A stretch of 64,000 nucleotides of DNA. Source: an uncultured Acidobacteriota bacterium (GTDB lineage Bacteria; Acidobacteriota; UBA6911). The notes under the pieces were generated by a model that saw only the letters and a program-made list of their open reading frames with translations, searched no databases and was not told the origin of the DNA. How positions within the stretch are numbered: the stretch's first letter is position 1; each line of letters starts with the position of its first letter. Location: positions 352,001 to 416,000 of the forward strand of contig CAWEJX010000001.1 in assembly GCA_963809485.1 (NCBI GenBank), in the 5' to 3' direction. Shown here in pieces: positions 50,437 to 60,368 of this stretch. The position numbers were made by a program, and so were the translations under genes.

Positions 50437-51840
50437 TTACCGCAGTCCGTGACGCTCCATGAGCTCGTAAAGCGTCGGCCTGCTTACGCCAAGAGCTCGC
50501 GCGCTTTTCGAGATGTTTCCACCGTTCTCCAAAAGGGCTCTCTCAATAATTTCCCGTTCCAGCTCTTCGCGCGCCTCCTTCAGCTTGCCTTGAACGTTCT
50601 CCGGTTCCTCCGCCGGGGCCGCCAGATCCAGCTCCTCGGGTGAAATCGTTCTGCCTTCCGAAAGCACCAGCGCCCTCTGAACCCGATTCTGAAGCTCCCG
50701 AACGTTCCCCGGCCACGAATGCTTGCGCATGGCATCGAGCGCCGGTTTCGAGAATCGAGTGGGCGGCTTTTTCATTTCACGGCAATAGGATTTGACAAGG
50801 TGATGAGCCAGGTCGACGACGTCTTCGCCGCGATCCCGCAATGGGGGCAAGAGCACCCGAACCACTGCCAGGCGAAAATACAAATCCTCGCGGAATCGAC
50901 CGGCTTTCACAGCCGCCTCGAGATCCTGGTTTGTAGCGGCAATCACACGCGCATCAATGCGAATTGGATCCCTGCCTCCCACGCGCTCCACGATTTTCTC
51001 CTGCAGGAATCGCAGGATCTTGACCTGCAACTCGGGCACCAAATCGCCGATTTCGTCGAGGAAAAGAGTTCCGCCGTTTGCATACTCAAATTTTCCGCGG
51101 CGCTGGGACGTCGCTCCGCTGAAAGACCCCTTTTCGTGGCCAAAGAGCTCACTTTCGAGAAGGGTCTCGGGAATTGCAGCGCAATTGATGGCGATGAACG
51201 GTCCTTTCTTACGGGCACCCCGGTTGTGGATTGCATTGGCGATGAGCTCTTTGCCCGTGCCGCTTTCGCCAAGTAAAAGCACCGGGACATCGGTCTCGGC
51301 GACTTTCCGGACCGTCTCAAAAACAATCTGCATGGGCCGGCTGGACCCGATGATTTCCTCCAGTGAAACCCGCTGCGCCAGGCGTCGTTCCTCAATGCTC
51401 TCGTTCTCAAGAGCCAGCCGTTTGAAAACGCGGCCTAAAACAACTTTGAGCTCATCCAAATCCACGGGCTTGGGGAAAATGTCGTGAGCTCCTTTCTCGA
51501 TAGCCCGGAAAGCGTTTGCGCGTTCAGAGTTGCCTGAGACAATTATGACCTTTACCAGGGGGTTTAATGCGATCAGTTCATCCAGCGCAGCAAGGCCTTC
51601 GACGGCTTCGCGGGGATGGGGGGGCAGACCCAGGTCGAGCAGAACAACTGCAATTTTCTCCCTTCGAAAGGTATCAAGCGCACCGATCCTATCCGATGCG
51701 GCAAATACGGCATAGTTGTCCGATAGCGCCCAGCGCACCTGGCGAAGGATCTGCTCATCGTCATCCACTACCAGCAGTTTGGGTAGCGATGCCGTTTCCT
51801 TCTGGTCCTTCCGAACTGTCATTTTCCCGCTCTTTTCCAT
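50437..51840 (-). CDS. prsR: PEP-CTERM-box sigma54-type response regulator
   Basis: Receiver with LLDLGLPPHP; GESGTGKE; FLDEIG; FREDLYFRL; WPGNVREL; Fis HTH GVSRPTLY. Confidence 0.88.
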   Translation of the reverse strand: MEKSGKMTVRKDQKETASLPKLLVVDDDEQILRQVRWALSDNYAVFAASDRIGALDTFRREKIAVVLLDLGLPPHPREAVEGLAALDELIALNPLVKVIIVSGNSERANAFRAIEKGAHDIFPKPVDLDELKVVLGRVFKRLALENESIEERRLAQRVSLEEIIGSSRPMQIVFETVRKVAETDVPVLLLGESGTGKELIANAIHNRGARKKGPFIAINCAAIPETLLESELFGHEKGSFSGATSQRRGKFEYANGGTLFLDEIGDLVPELQVKILRFLQEKIVERVGGRDPIRIDARVIAATNQDLEAAVKAGRFREDLYFRLAVVRVLLPPLRDRGEDVVDLAHHLVKSYCREMKKPPTRFSKPALDAMRKHSWPGNVRELQNRVQRALVLSEGRTISPEELDLAAPAEEPENVQGKLKEAREELEREIIERALLENGGNISKSARALGVSRPTLYELMERHGLR

Positions 51841-51861
51841 CCTTTGCCAGTCCCTGCTTCG

Positions 51862-53958
51862 TTATCCACCGGAAACATTTGAAACCTCAGCCAGCGGAAA
51901 CCAAAGGTGCACCGTCGTCCCGCTACCCTCCTGGCTTTCGACTTTAATGGTGCCGTTGTGAGCCTCAACGATCTTTTTCGACTGATAGAGACCTATGCCC
52001 AGGCCTTCGCTCTTTGTGGTGTGGAATGGGACAAAAAGCTCTTTTTCAATAAATTCAATGCCCATTCCGGGGCCATCGTCTTCCACTGCCAGCTCTACTT
52101 GATCTGCTTTGCTTCGAGTCCTCAGCGTAATGGTCCCACCGGAAGGCATAGCCTCTCTGGCATTGAGCAGCAGGTTCCGTAGGACGCGCTCAATCTCCTC
52201 GGCATCCACGAAAACAGGCGGAACCTCAACAAGGTCAAGGATCAGCCGGTGCGAATGATCACCAGAGAAATTATCGGCAACAGTACGCACAATATGATTT
52301 AAATCGCAGATCTTTTTGTTGACCGGAACCGCCCCTGAAAATGCCCTCAGGCTGTTGCAGAGCTTCTTCATTTTTTCGGCGGTTTCAAAAACGGACTGAA
52401 ACGCATCCCGCTGGAAGTCAGGATTATCCCGGTACTGGGAGGCGTTTCTTGCTATGAGTGATAGCGTTGAAGCGAAGTTTTTCAGATCGTGGAGCAGGAA
52501 AGTGGAAAAGGTCCGAAAAACTTCGCTTTCCTTGGCTTCCACAAGGGTAGCCAGAAGATCCGTTTTGTGAAATTCCCCGGCGGCATATCGACCGAGGACG
52601 CCGAGGAACTCGAGAGCATCCCAATCGTAAGGCTGCCCGCTCCGATCGGGCCCCACAGTCAGGAGACCGACGACCCGGCCCCCGGAGTGCAGGGGAACAA
52701 CAACAGATGTGTTGGTTTTGGCGATGAGCTCCGGCATCAATTTCTCCAAAGCAGCGTTGTCGAACTCTTTAACGGGAGTCGGCTTGTCGACGTCAAACAG
52801 CTTCTCGACAATCCCGAATAGCTCAGTCCCTGAAGCGTACCCGATATTTCCAAGCATCCCGACCAATTTGAGACGGACCGGATTCTGCATTCTCAGCCAG
52901 ACACTGACGTCGATGGCTCCAACTGCTTTCTGCGCAATATCTGCGAGGGCCTCGGCAGCAGCTTCGGTTGCATCCAGGGCTCGGATCCGGTCGCTGGCTT
53001 CAATCCAGTATTGCCGGTAATCGTACTTTCCGGCAAGGAGGTTTCTCCGTATCCAGTGTTTCGCGCGATGACGGAAATCGGTCCAGAGGAGAATCACAGC
53101 CAGGGATAGCAGAAGAAGCAGGAAAAGCATCGCTTCGAGGGATACTTCCTGACTGCCCCACTGTCCCGCCCACCGCGCGGCGAGACTCGATATAATCAGG
53201 TAGATCCCGGCCCCGGTCAGCGTAATTGTGCTGTAGATAAATCCCTGAGAAACACTTACCTTCCAGCGGCCTGAACTCCTTCGCCAGGATACCAGGATCA
53301 GGAGGCAGGAAATCAGAAACAGGATTGGAAATATCTGAAGAGACGCAAAAGATATAAGTCCAACCCGGGGAGAAAAGAGAAGGACTTTGGAACCGATGTA
53401 AAGAATACACCCGAACATTCCCGCGAGACCAAGCAGGAGGAATTTGATCTCCCAACGGACACCTTCCGGGGCGCTTCTGAGCGTCTGTTCCAGGTTGGCG
53501 AGCACAACAACGGAAACCAGCACGAGATATAGTGCGCAGAAATAGGCCCCGGGACCCAGGGCGAAATCCCCGGGCGGAATTGCCATTGTCAGGTCAGGGG
53601 GCATGGAATACCAAATCCATACAAAGCCCACCGCGGCAGCAACCATAGTCAGAATGGTGGAGACAGATCTTTTGGGCCACAAGCGAGCACGGTCCTCGCG
53701 ACCCACGGTAAAGCTGACCAGATAGCCCAGAGGGGCGGCAACAACAATCAGGCCAAAGGAAAACCTCAACAAAGACTCAGTGGGCCAGGCACTCTGCAGC
53801 GAACGCAACACCATGGCGCCTGAAGATAAAGACAGCGGCAAAAGGAGAAGCGCAAGAAACCATGATGCCCTCCCAATTCGTCGAAAAAGGAACACCAGGA
53901 TCGCGGTGGTTATCCCGACCGCAAAGGAGAGCAATTGCACAAAACCCAAAGGTGGCAT
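51862..53958 (-). CDS. prsK: PEP-CTERM system histidine kinase
   Basis: Multi-TM N-terminus, NLEQTLR, KYDYRQYW, GAF, FSTFLLHDLKN, NPDFQRD, GLGIGLYQSK. Confidence 0.9.
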   Translation of the reverse strand: MPPLGFVQLLSFAVGITTAILVFLFRRIGRASWFLALLLLPLSLSSGAMVLRSLQSAWPTESLLRFSFGLIVVAAPLGYLVSFTVGREDRARLWPKRSVSTILTMVAAAVGFVWIWYSMPPDLTMAIPPGDFALGPGAYFCALYLVLVSVVVLANLEQTLRSAPEGVRWEIKFLLLGLAGMFGCILYIGSKVLLFSPRVGLISFASLQIFPILFLISCLLILVSWRRSSGRWKVSVSQGFIYSTITLTGAGIYLIISSLAARWAGQWGSQEVSLEAMLFLLLLLSLAVILLWTDFRHRAKHWIRRNLLAGKYDYRQYWIEASDRIRALDATEAAAEALADIAQKAVGAIDVSVWLRMQNPVRLKLVGMLGNIGYASGTELFGIVEKLFDVDKPTPVKEFDNAALEKLMPELIAKTNTSVVVPLHSGGRVVGLLTVGPDRSGQPYDWDALEFLGVLGRYAAGEFHKTDLLATLVEAKESEVFRTFSTFLLHDLKNFASTLSLIARNASQYRDNPDFQRDAFQSVFETAEKMKKLCNSLRAFSGAVPVNKKICDLNHIVRTVADNFSGDHSHRLILDLVEVPPVFVDAEEIERVLRNLLLNAREAMPSGGTITLRTRSKADQVELAVEDDGPGMGIEFIEKELFVPFHTTKSEGLGIGLYQSKKIVEAHNGTIKVESQEGSGTTVHLWFPLAEVSNVSGG

Positions 53959-54431
53959 CTGGTCATGTCCTGAAAAGATGAATTATACGCATTATACAAC
54001 AGCATAACTAAACGATTCAGTCTGCCCGGCCCGCAAAACGGAAACATGTCCTGAGCTCCGGTTTGTCATTTTACAGCAAATGCCAAAATCATGGATATCC
54101 CGGAGCTCACAGGCCAGAAAATCCTCATCCTACCTCATCGGCTTTTTCGCCATTTCATCAATCCTGATTGATCAGGAATCATGGGCCAAAGAAGATGAAA
54201 AATATCAGGCGCAGCAAATATCTGGAAAAATGGAGGAAAGAGTTATTAAATCAGATCCGATAAACATAAAGAAATGCTATATATAAACAGGCATGCACAA
54301 AGCCGCGGAATTACAGCCGCTCAGGGACGCCTCATTGGACGCAACTCGTTTAATTTTGCTTGTGCGGGATTATGTTTCAGGCACCTCCAAATGTTAGGAA
54401 TGGCCTCAAAGTGGAAATATTCTGAAATGCT

Positions 54432-55034
54432 ATGGCTATGATCACCTCAAAGAAGGCATATCTATATTTCCTGGAACAGGACCGGTTGGCTCTCGGCATT
54501 CAAAGTGGCGGTATGGCGCCAAAAATCAGGAAAGCCTTCTTACCGGACTATGTATGGAAATTTGAGAAACTGATGCGAAAGTTGGAGTATCTTACCAATA
54601 CAAAACAGGGAATGTGGGGAAATGCCCGCTTACTGGTTGCGCGCATAGCCTATTTCAGGCTATCGGTAAAGCTCGGATTTTCAATCCCCATAAATGTCTT
54701 TGACGCCGGACTATCCATTGCCCACTATGGAACAATAATAGTAAACAGCGCAGCGGTCGTAGGTAAGAATTGCCGCTTGCATGCAGGCGTAAATATCGGA
54801 GCAACAGGGGGACAGCGGGAAGCACCCCAAATAGGGGATAATGTATATATTGGACCCGGAGCCATCATATTCGGCAAAATCTCCATAGCGAACAATATTA
54901 CAATTGGAGCAAATGCAACGGTTAATAAAAGCTTCTTACAGGAGGGGGTTGTGCTTGCAGGGACTCCAGCCAAGATCGTGAAGGAAAACTGTCCTGTATG
55001 GTGGAAAAACCACAAGCTGCCCTTGGCGCCGTAG
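54432..55034 (+). CDS. Serine O-acetyltransferase-like hexapeptide acetyltransferase (EPS-associated)
   Basis: KLGFSIPINVF..GLSIAHYGTIIVN, APQIGDNVYIGPGA, IGANATV. Confidence 0.85.
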   Translation: MAMITSKKAYLYFLEQDRLALGIQSGGMAPKIRKAFLPDYVWKFEKLMRKLEYLTNTKQGMWGNARLLVARIAYFRLSVKLGFSIPINVFDAGLSIAHYGTIIVNSAAVVGKNCRLHAGVNIGATGGQREAPQIGDNVYIGPGAIIFGKISIANNITIGANATVNKSFLQEGVVLAGTPAKIVKENCPVWWKNHKLPLAP

Positions 55035-55412
55035 GCGAATATTTGGCGCTGCAAGATTCCCTGTTACAGTCCTGTCATCGATTATCCGAAAACGTGCCTT
55101 AATATGGAGTCACTGCCCAAATAAAGCGATAATAATGGCGTGAAATCGGCCGATTGATCTTATGGCGGTTGAGGCTGTGCCATGTCAAGATTTCGGATAT
55201 GCCAATAATTGTAAGATAAAATTGGGTTTATCCGTTAATCCAACTGTAACTGAGAGGGCGAAGCTATATATTCTGACAATTGGAGCTCATTCTGCTTTGG
55301 CGGAGAAAACCGCTTGAGGGGGTGAGGGTCCCAATTCTGATAGCTGTTCTCGGGCACCCGAGTGCCTAATCAATGATCTGAATGTGCGTCGAATCTGCGT
55401 CAGGTTGAAATT

Positions 55413-56615
55413 TTGAGAATACTTATTCTGGACGAAGAAATACCTTTTCCGCCCAACTCAGGGAAACGATTACGCACCTATAACCTGATAAAGCCACTTT
55501 CTCAGAGGCACAAAATTATCTATGTTTCCCGCCTTCTGGAGAGTGCAACCTATCACTCTGGAGATTTCGAGGCTCTAGGCATCCGGACCATGATCGTGGA
55601 TAAGCCTGTTCGCCGAAAATCTGGTTTGCGATTTTATCTTTCCTTAGCTACAAACCTGTTTTCATCTTCTCCATACGTTGTCTCCAGCCATTTTTCAAAA
55701 ACACTTTCTGGCACGATCGATCAGATGTGTCGGGAAGAAGCTATCGATCTGATCCACTGTGAATGGACCCCATATGCGGTAAATATGCCGCGATTCCCAT
55801 CACGGCCGACCGTTGGTATGGCGCACAATGTGGAATCAGTGGTTTGGCGAAGATATCAGCAGGTGGAAAAAAACCCTCTCAGAAAGCTGTTTTGGAGGCT
55901 TCAAGCCATTAAAATGGAGCGATTTGAGAGCAGAATGCTTCCGAAATTTACTCGAGTGATTTCCGTATCGGATCAGGATAAGCGCCTGATCAGCCGATGG
56001 GTCCCGCAGGACCGTATAGGAGTTGTGCCCAATGGCGTTGACACCAATTTCTTTAGTCCGGAATCCGGGACAGAGGTCCGTGAGTCTCTGGTTTTTACCG
56101 GATCGCTCGATTGGAGGCCGAATGTAGACTGTGTTCTTTACTTTCTGGATGAAATCTGGCCTTTGATAAAAAGGGATTTCCCCGGAAGCCGCCTCGCCGT
56201 GGTAGGACGAAGTCCACTTCCAATGCTTTCTTCGCGCATTGAGAGGGAGAGGAATGTAACTCTTTATGGATCAGTCGCCGATGTCCGTCCCTACCTGAAC
56301 AATGCGGAAGTTTGTATCGTCCCCCTGAGAATTGGCAGTGGATCCCGGCTAAAAATTCTTGAAGCACTTGCGATGGGAAAGCCCGTTGTCTCCACATCAA
56401 TCGGCGCGGAGGGGCTGGAAGTAGAAAATGATAGACACATTCTGCTTGGAGACAGCCCGTCTGATTTTGCAGCTGCCGTGTCGAAACTCTTCAGGGATGC
56501 CGAGTATCGACGGGAGCTGTCATCCGAGGGGCGAAGCCTGGTCATGCAAAAATATACCTGGCAGGTGCTCGCCGAACGGCTGGAAATTGAATGGCAAAAG
56601 GCAGTCTCTCAATAG
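55413..56615 (+). CDS. GT4 family glycosyltransferase
   Basis: PFPPNSGKRLR, HNVES, VPNGVD, FTGSLDWRPN, GSRLKILEALAMGKPVVSTSIGAEG. Confidence 0.92.
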   Translation: MRILILDEEIPFPPNSGKRLRTYNLIKPLSQRHKIIYVSRLLESATYHSGDFEALGIRTMIVDKPVRRKSGLRFYLSLATNLFSSSPYVVSSHFSKTLSGTIDQMCREEAIDLIHCEWTPYAVNMPRFPSRPTVGMAHNVESVVWRRYQQVEKNPLRKLFWRLQAIKMERFESRMLPKFTRVISVSDQDKRLISRWVPQDRIGVVPNGVDTNFFSPESGTEVRESLVFTGSLDWRPNVDCVLYFLDEIWPLIKRDFPGSRLAVVGRSPLPMLSSRIERERNVTLYGSVADVRPYLNNAEVCIVPLRIGSGSRLKILEALAMGKPVVSTSIGAEGLEVENDRHILLGDSPSDFAAAVSKLFRDAEYRRELSSEGRSLVMQKYTWQVLAERLEIEWQKAVSQ

Positions 56616-57757
56616 GGTTCCCTTCCTTGACAAAGCCTCTTATCTTGCATGTCCGTGCAACAAATTTTTATGGCGGGCCCGAAAAGCAGATATTTGAACA
56701 CATCCGCAGATCCCGCAATTATCGACATGCGGTCGTAACTTTTGTCGACAGCGCGGCCGGCACTGAGCTATCTGAAAAATGCCGCGTCGCAGGCATCCAG
56801 GTTCATGCCATAGGCCCCGGACAGCAATTCATACCCCTTGCCATCAGAAGGCTCCGTCAAATCATTGCATCATTGCGTCCGTCAATGATCTGCTCGCACG
56901 GATATAAGCCCGCGATTCTGCTTCCGATCGCAGCAATCGGACGAAAAATCCCAATATTGGGATTCGCCAGAGGTTTCACGGCAGAGAACACCAAAGTGGC
57001 ATTTTTTGAGTTTTTAGAGCGCCGCGCGATGGGCCGATTTTATGGCGTCGTCTGTGTCTGCAAAGCCCAACAGCAGCAACTCACTGAAGCAGGCATTCGT
57101 GCAAAGAGGTTTTGGGTTGTACAAAATGCCGTTTCTCTCCCCGACAAATCAGCTGAGTCGGAGACATCGGCACATCTGCGCAGGGATCTGGGTTTGTCTC
57201 CCGACATTACTTTGATAATATGCGCGGGCCGGTTGAGTCCGGAGAAAGGCCAGAGCGATCTCCTCCGAGCCATATCAATGTTGAGCATTGGCATCGCCAG
57301 GTATCGCCTACTCATTTGCGGTGATGGCCCCCTCCGTACGGTTTTGGAACGCGAAGCATCCAGCCTAGGCATAGCAGATCGTGTGAGGTTCCTCGGTTTT
57401 CGTCGCGACCTGATGACAATATTCCAGAGCATGAACCTTCTGGTTCTTCCTTCCCACACAGAAGGCCTGCCCAATGTAATACTCGAAGCCTTCTCCTGCG
57501 CAAAACCAGTAGTGGCAACAAGCGTTGGGGGCATTCCGGAATTGGTCGTGCATGGGAAAAACGGCCTTTTGGTCCCGCCCAAGCGTCCTGATCTGCTTTC
57601 CAGGGCGTTAGAGAGCTGTCTCGCTTCTCCCGAGAAAACACACTTGATGGGAAAAGAGGGTTTTTCAACTGTATCCGAGCAATTCAGTTTTGAAGCGCAT
57701 ACCAGGCGACTGGAGAAAATTTACGAGGAAGTGCTTGCCTCCGCAAACCTAATGTGA
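56591..57757 (+). CDS. GT4 family glycosyltransferase
   Basis: YGGPEKQI, AGRLSPEKG, EGLPNVILEA, VGGIPELV. Confidence 0.92.
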   Translation: MAKGSLSIGFPSLTKPLILHVRATNFYGGPEKQIFEHIRRSRNYRHAVVTFVDSAAGTELSEKCRVAGIQVHAIGPGQQFIPLAIRRLRQIIASLRPSMICSHGYKPAILLPIAAIGRKIPILGFARGFTAENTKVAFFEFLERRAMGRFYGVVCVCKAQQQQLTEAGIRAKRFWVVQNAVSLPDKSAESETSAHLRRDLGLSPDITLIICAGRLSPEKGQSDLLRAISMLSIGIARYRLLICGDGPLRTVLEREASSLGIADRVRFLGFRRDLMTIFQSMNLLVLPSHTEGLPNVILEAFSCAKPVVATSVGGIPELVVHGKNGLLVPPKRPDLLSRALESCLASPEKTHLMGKEGFSTVSEQFSFEAHTRRLEKIYEEVLASANLM

Positions 57758-57864
57758 GACCCATCCGATGGAGTTGCAGGGAATTCGAATTTGGGCCGCT
57801 AATAACTCTTATAACATCGGTTTCGCGTGCCACGCAATGATCCCCAAATGATAAGGGAGGCATC

Positions 57865-58899
57865 TTGATCAGAATACGCGCTTTTGAGAAGAGCGATATC
57901 CCACAAGTTGCTGATTTGCGAAGCAAGTTCTCAACGCACTCTCGTGAGATCTTGTGTTCTGACGCCCAATCATTACTGGAAAATCCGTTATACAACAAGA
58001 CAACGCCTTCCCTCGTCGCTCAAGATAATTCCGAGATTGTAGGGTTTATGGGAGTTATTCCCAGACTCATGAGAATGAACGGCGCTCCCATATATGCCGC
58101 AGTAATGACACAATTCATGGTGCACCCCGATTACCAGAACAAAGGCATAGGAAATACGCTTATGGCAGAAGTGGTGCACGGTCCGCAGGAATTATGCTTT
58201 TCAGACCGCGTAAACGAGCCTTCCCAGCGTGTTCATATTAGACTTGGTGGGAAAATAATCCCACTGCTAAGCATAGACTGGATAAGAGTTTTGCAGCCTG
58301 CTTCATTTGCATGGTCAAAGATATCGGGAGATGGAAGGCTCAATAAATGTATCCGGCCAGCGACAAAGCTGATGGATATTGGCCTTTCGCGCTGGATGGA
58401 AATTGACAAAACAATATTTGGGCGCTCATCGCTGAATGCAATTACATTTCTCAATCATTTTGAAGAGCTTTCCGCCAATTATGCCCTGAGCCCTGTCTAT
58501 TCCATTGAATATGTCCAGTGGCTTCTTGCCAGCCTCAAAAGGAGGAAACAGCGTGGCAGACTTCGAATGCTCGCCGTGTTAAGCTCCGAAGATAAGATAA
58601 TCGGAACCTATGCCTATTATGCAACCGGCAAAGGGACCGCGGAACTGATTTATTTCGGCGCAAATGAGGAATTCGCCGCACCGGTCCTGAATAGCTTTTT
58701 TGACGCTGCGTCCCACGATGGCTGCCATGCTGTCTTTGGCCGCCTGAATTCGCTTCTTTTGAGACCGCTATTGCATGGGCTATGCGTCTTCCGCTGCAGC
58801 GAGTGGATGGTTATCCACTCCAGACATGCCGAGATTCGTGCCGCCATACAAGAGAACAATGCATGGATTTCTCCGCTTGACGGGGAGTTAGCCTGTTAG
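57865..58899 (+). CDS. GNAT family acyltransferase
   Basis: IRAFEKSDIPQV, EIVGFMG, acetyl-CoA motif MVHPDYQNKGIG. Confidence 0.8.
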   Translation: MIRIRAFEKSDIPQVADLRSKFSTHSREILCSDAQSLLENPLYNKTTPSLVAQDNSEIVGFMGVIPRLMRMNGAPIYAAVMTQFMVHPDYQNKGIGNTLMAEVVHGPQELCFSDRVNEPSQRVHIRLGGKIIPLLSIDWIRVLQPASFAWSKISGDGRLNKCIRPATKLMDIGLSRWMEIDKTIFGRSSLNAITFLNHFEELSANYALSPVYSIEYVQWLLASLKRRKQRGRLRMLAVLSSEDKIIGTYAYYATGKGTAELIYFGANEEFAAPVLNSFFDAASHDGCHAVFGRLNSLLLRPLLHGLCVFRCSEWMVIHSRHAEIRAAIQENNAWISPLDGELAC

Positions 58900-59061
58900 A
58901 CCGCACCCCGGCTTCACATACGCTTCAGAATGAGGCGAGGCAAAATCGGTCAATCGCCCTCACCCTCCCCGTTGGTCGCTTGAGTGATAATAATAATTAT
59001 GCACTCGGTGCGTCCCTTCAAAGCTTTGGCAAAGACCCAAACCATTCTTTGAATTCCTGAA

Positions 59062-60234
59062 ATGATAAATCTTCTTGAGACATCCATCCCGAGAGCCTTG
59101 CAGTCGGAATCGGCCAGACTGGGAATAGAAGTCGGCGGCATGGAAATGTTGAACAGCATTTCCAACGAGTGGAGACAGCTCTGCGATCATGCAACAAACG
59201 ACGAGCCCTTCTATCGTCCAGAATGGATTTCCGCCCATCTCAAGGCTTTCGAGCCCGGCGCAGAGTTTCGGCTTGTTGTTGCCAGGGAAAAAACAGAAAT
59301 CCAGGCCGTTTTGCCGCTGGTTTTTGAACGCACACATTTTTGCGGCTTGCCCGTCATAAAGTATAGAAGTGTAACAAACAGGGGCACCTTTCGCTTCGAC
59401 CTGTTGCGTCGATCCGGATCAGAAGGCGCATCGGGCGTGCGCAACATTTGGCAGTTCTTCCGCGCCATGCCTGGATGGGATGTAATAGAAATAGCCAGTG
59501 TGCCGGAAAATGGAGCAACGGAGGATTTGCTGCAACTTGCTCGGCAGGATGGCTTTATGACAGGAAGTTGGGAAGCAGACAGTTCACCCTATGTAAACAT
59601 AGCAGATCTTGAAGGAGCTGATACTTATTATCTGTCAAAACAATATAAAAGATTTCGGGCGGATTTGCGACGCGAATTGCGAAACATATCAAAACTCGGC
59701 ACCCTATCCCTGGATCGAATCGACAACGCTGACGGCAGGGATTTGGACGATTTTTTCCGCCTCGAGAGCTCAGGCTGGAAAGGAACGAACAAAACAGACA
59801 TCATCTCGAAAGGGCAAAAAACGTTCTTTGAAGAGATCGCTCAGAAGGCCGCAGAAATGGGGTATCTCTCCTTTTATATGCTCCGGCTTGATGGCAGAAC
59901 AATTGCAGCCCACTTCGGGCTTTCCTACAAAGGAACCTATTACTCTCCCAAAATTGCCTATGATGAGAACTATAGAAGATTCGGCCCAGGACAGCTGTTG
60001 ATTGAAATGATATTGAAGGAGTGCATCGATCGCGACCTCTCCAAATACGAAATCCTGGGAGCTCCGGCCAAATACAAGGCCATGTGGACCTGCCGCCTTC
60101 GGAGACATTTTTTCCACTATATATTTTGCAAACGTCCTTATGGGCATCTACTCCACACGCTGAAATTCAGGATGATCCCCCTGATGAAAAAGCTTCCGAG
60201 GCAAGGCATGAGTCCGGAATCCAATCAGCGTTGA
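59062..60234 (+). CDS. CelD/BcsL-like (Acetyltransf_6) GNAT protein
   Basis: PFYRPEW, LESSGWKG, LRLDGRTIAA, KIAYDENYRRFGPGQLL, YKAMW. Confidence 0.82.
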   Translation: MINLLETSIPRALQSESARLGIEVGGMEMLNSISNEWRQLCDHATNDEPFYRPEWISAHLKAFEPGAEFRLVVAREKTEIQAVLPLVFERTHFCGLPVIKYRSVTNRGTFRFDLLRRSGSEGASGVRNIWQFFRAMPGWDVIEIASVPENGATEDLLQLARQDGFMTGSWEADSSPYVNIADLEGADTYYLSKQYKRFRADLRRELRNISKLGTLSLDRIDNADGRDLDDFFRLESSGWKGTNKTDIISKGQKTFFEEIAQKAAEMGYLSFYMLRLDGRTIAAHFGLSYKGTYYSPKIAYDENYRRFGPGQLLIEMILKECIDRDLSKYEILGAPAKYKAMWTCRLRRHFFHYIFCKRPYGHLLHTLKFRMIPLMKKLPRQGMSPESNQR

Positions 60235-60368
60235 CAGAAGGTCAAAGTAACCGCAGGGGCACGAAAGCTATCCCAGCCGGCCGGCCTGTAAAATCTTCCA
60301 AAAGAAACATATCCTGACTGCAAGCATGAGCATAATCAGGCTATCGATCAGGGAGCAGAAGAGATCAG

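Noticed and set aside
55136-55175. Weak sigma54-like (TGGCGT-N5-CGGC) and ops-like (GGCGGTTG) motifs upstream of the GT cluster
   Set aside because: Both deviate from consensus at key positions; chance matches are likely.
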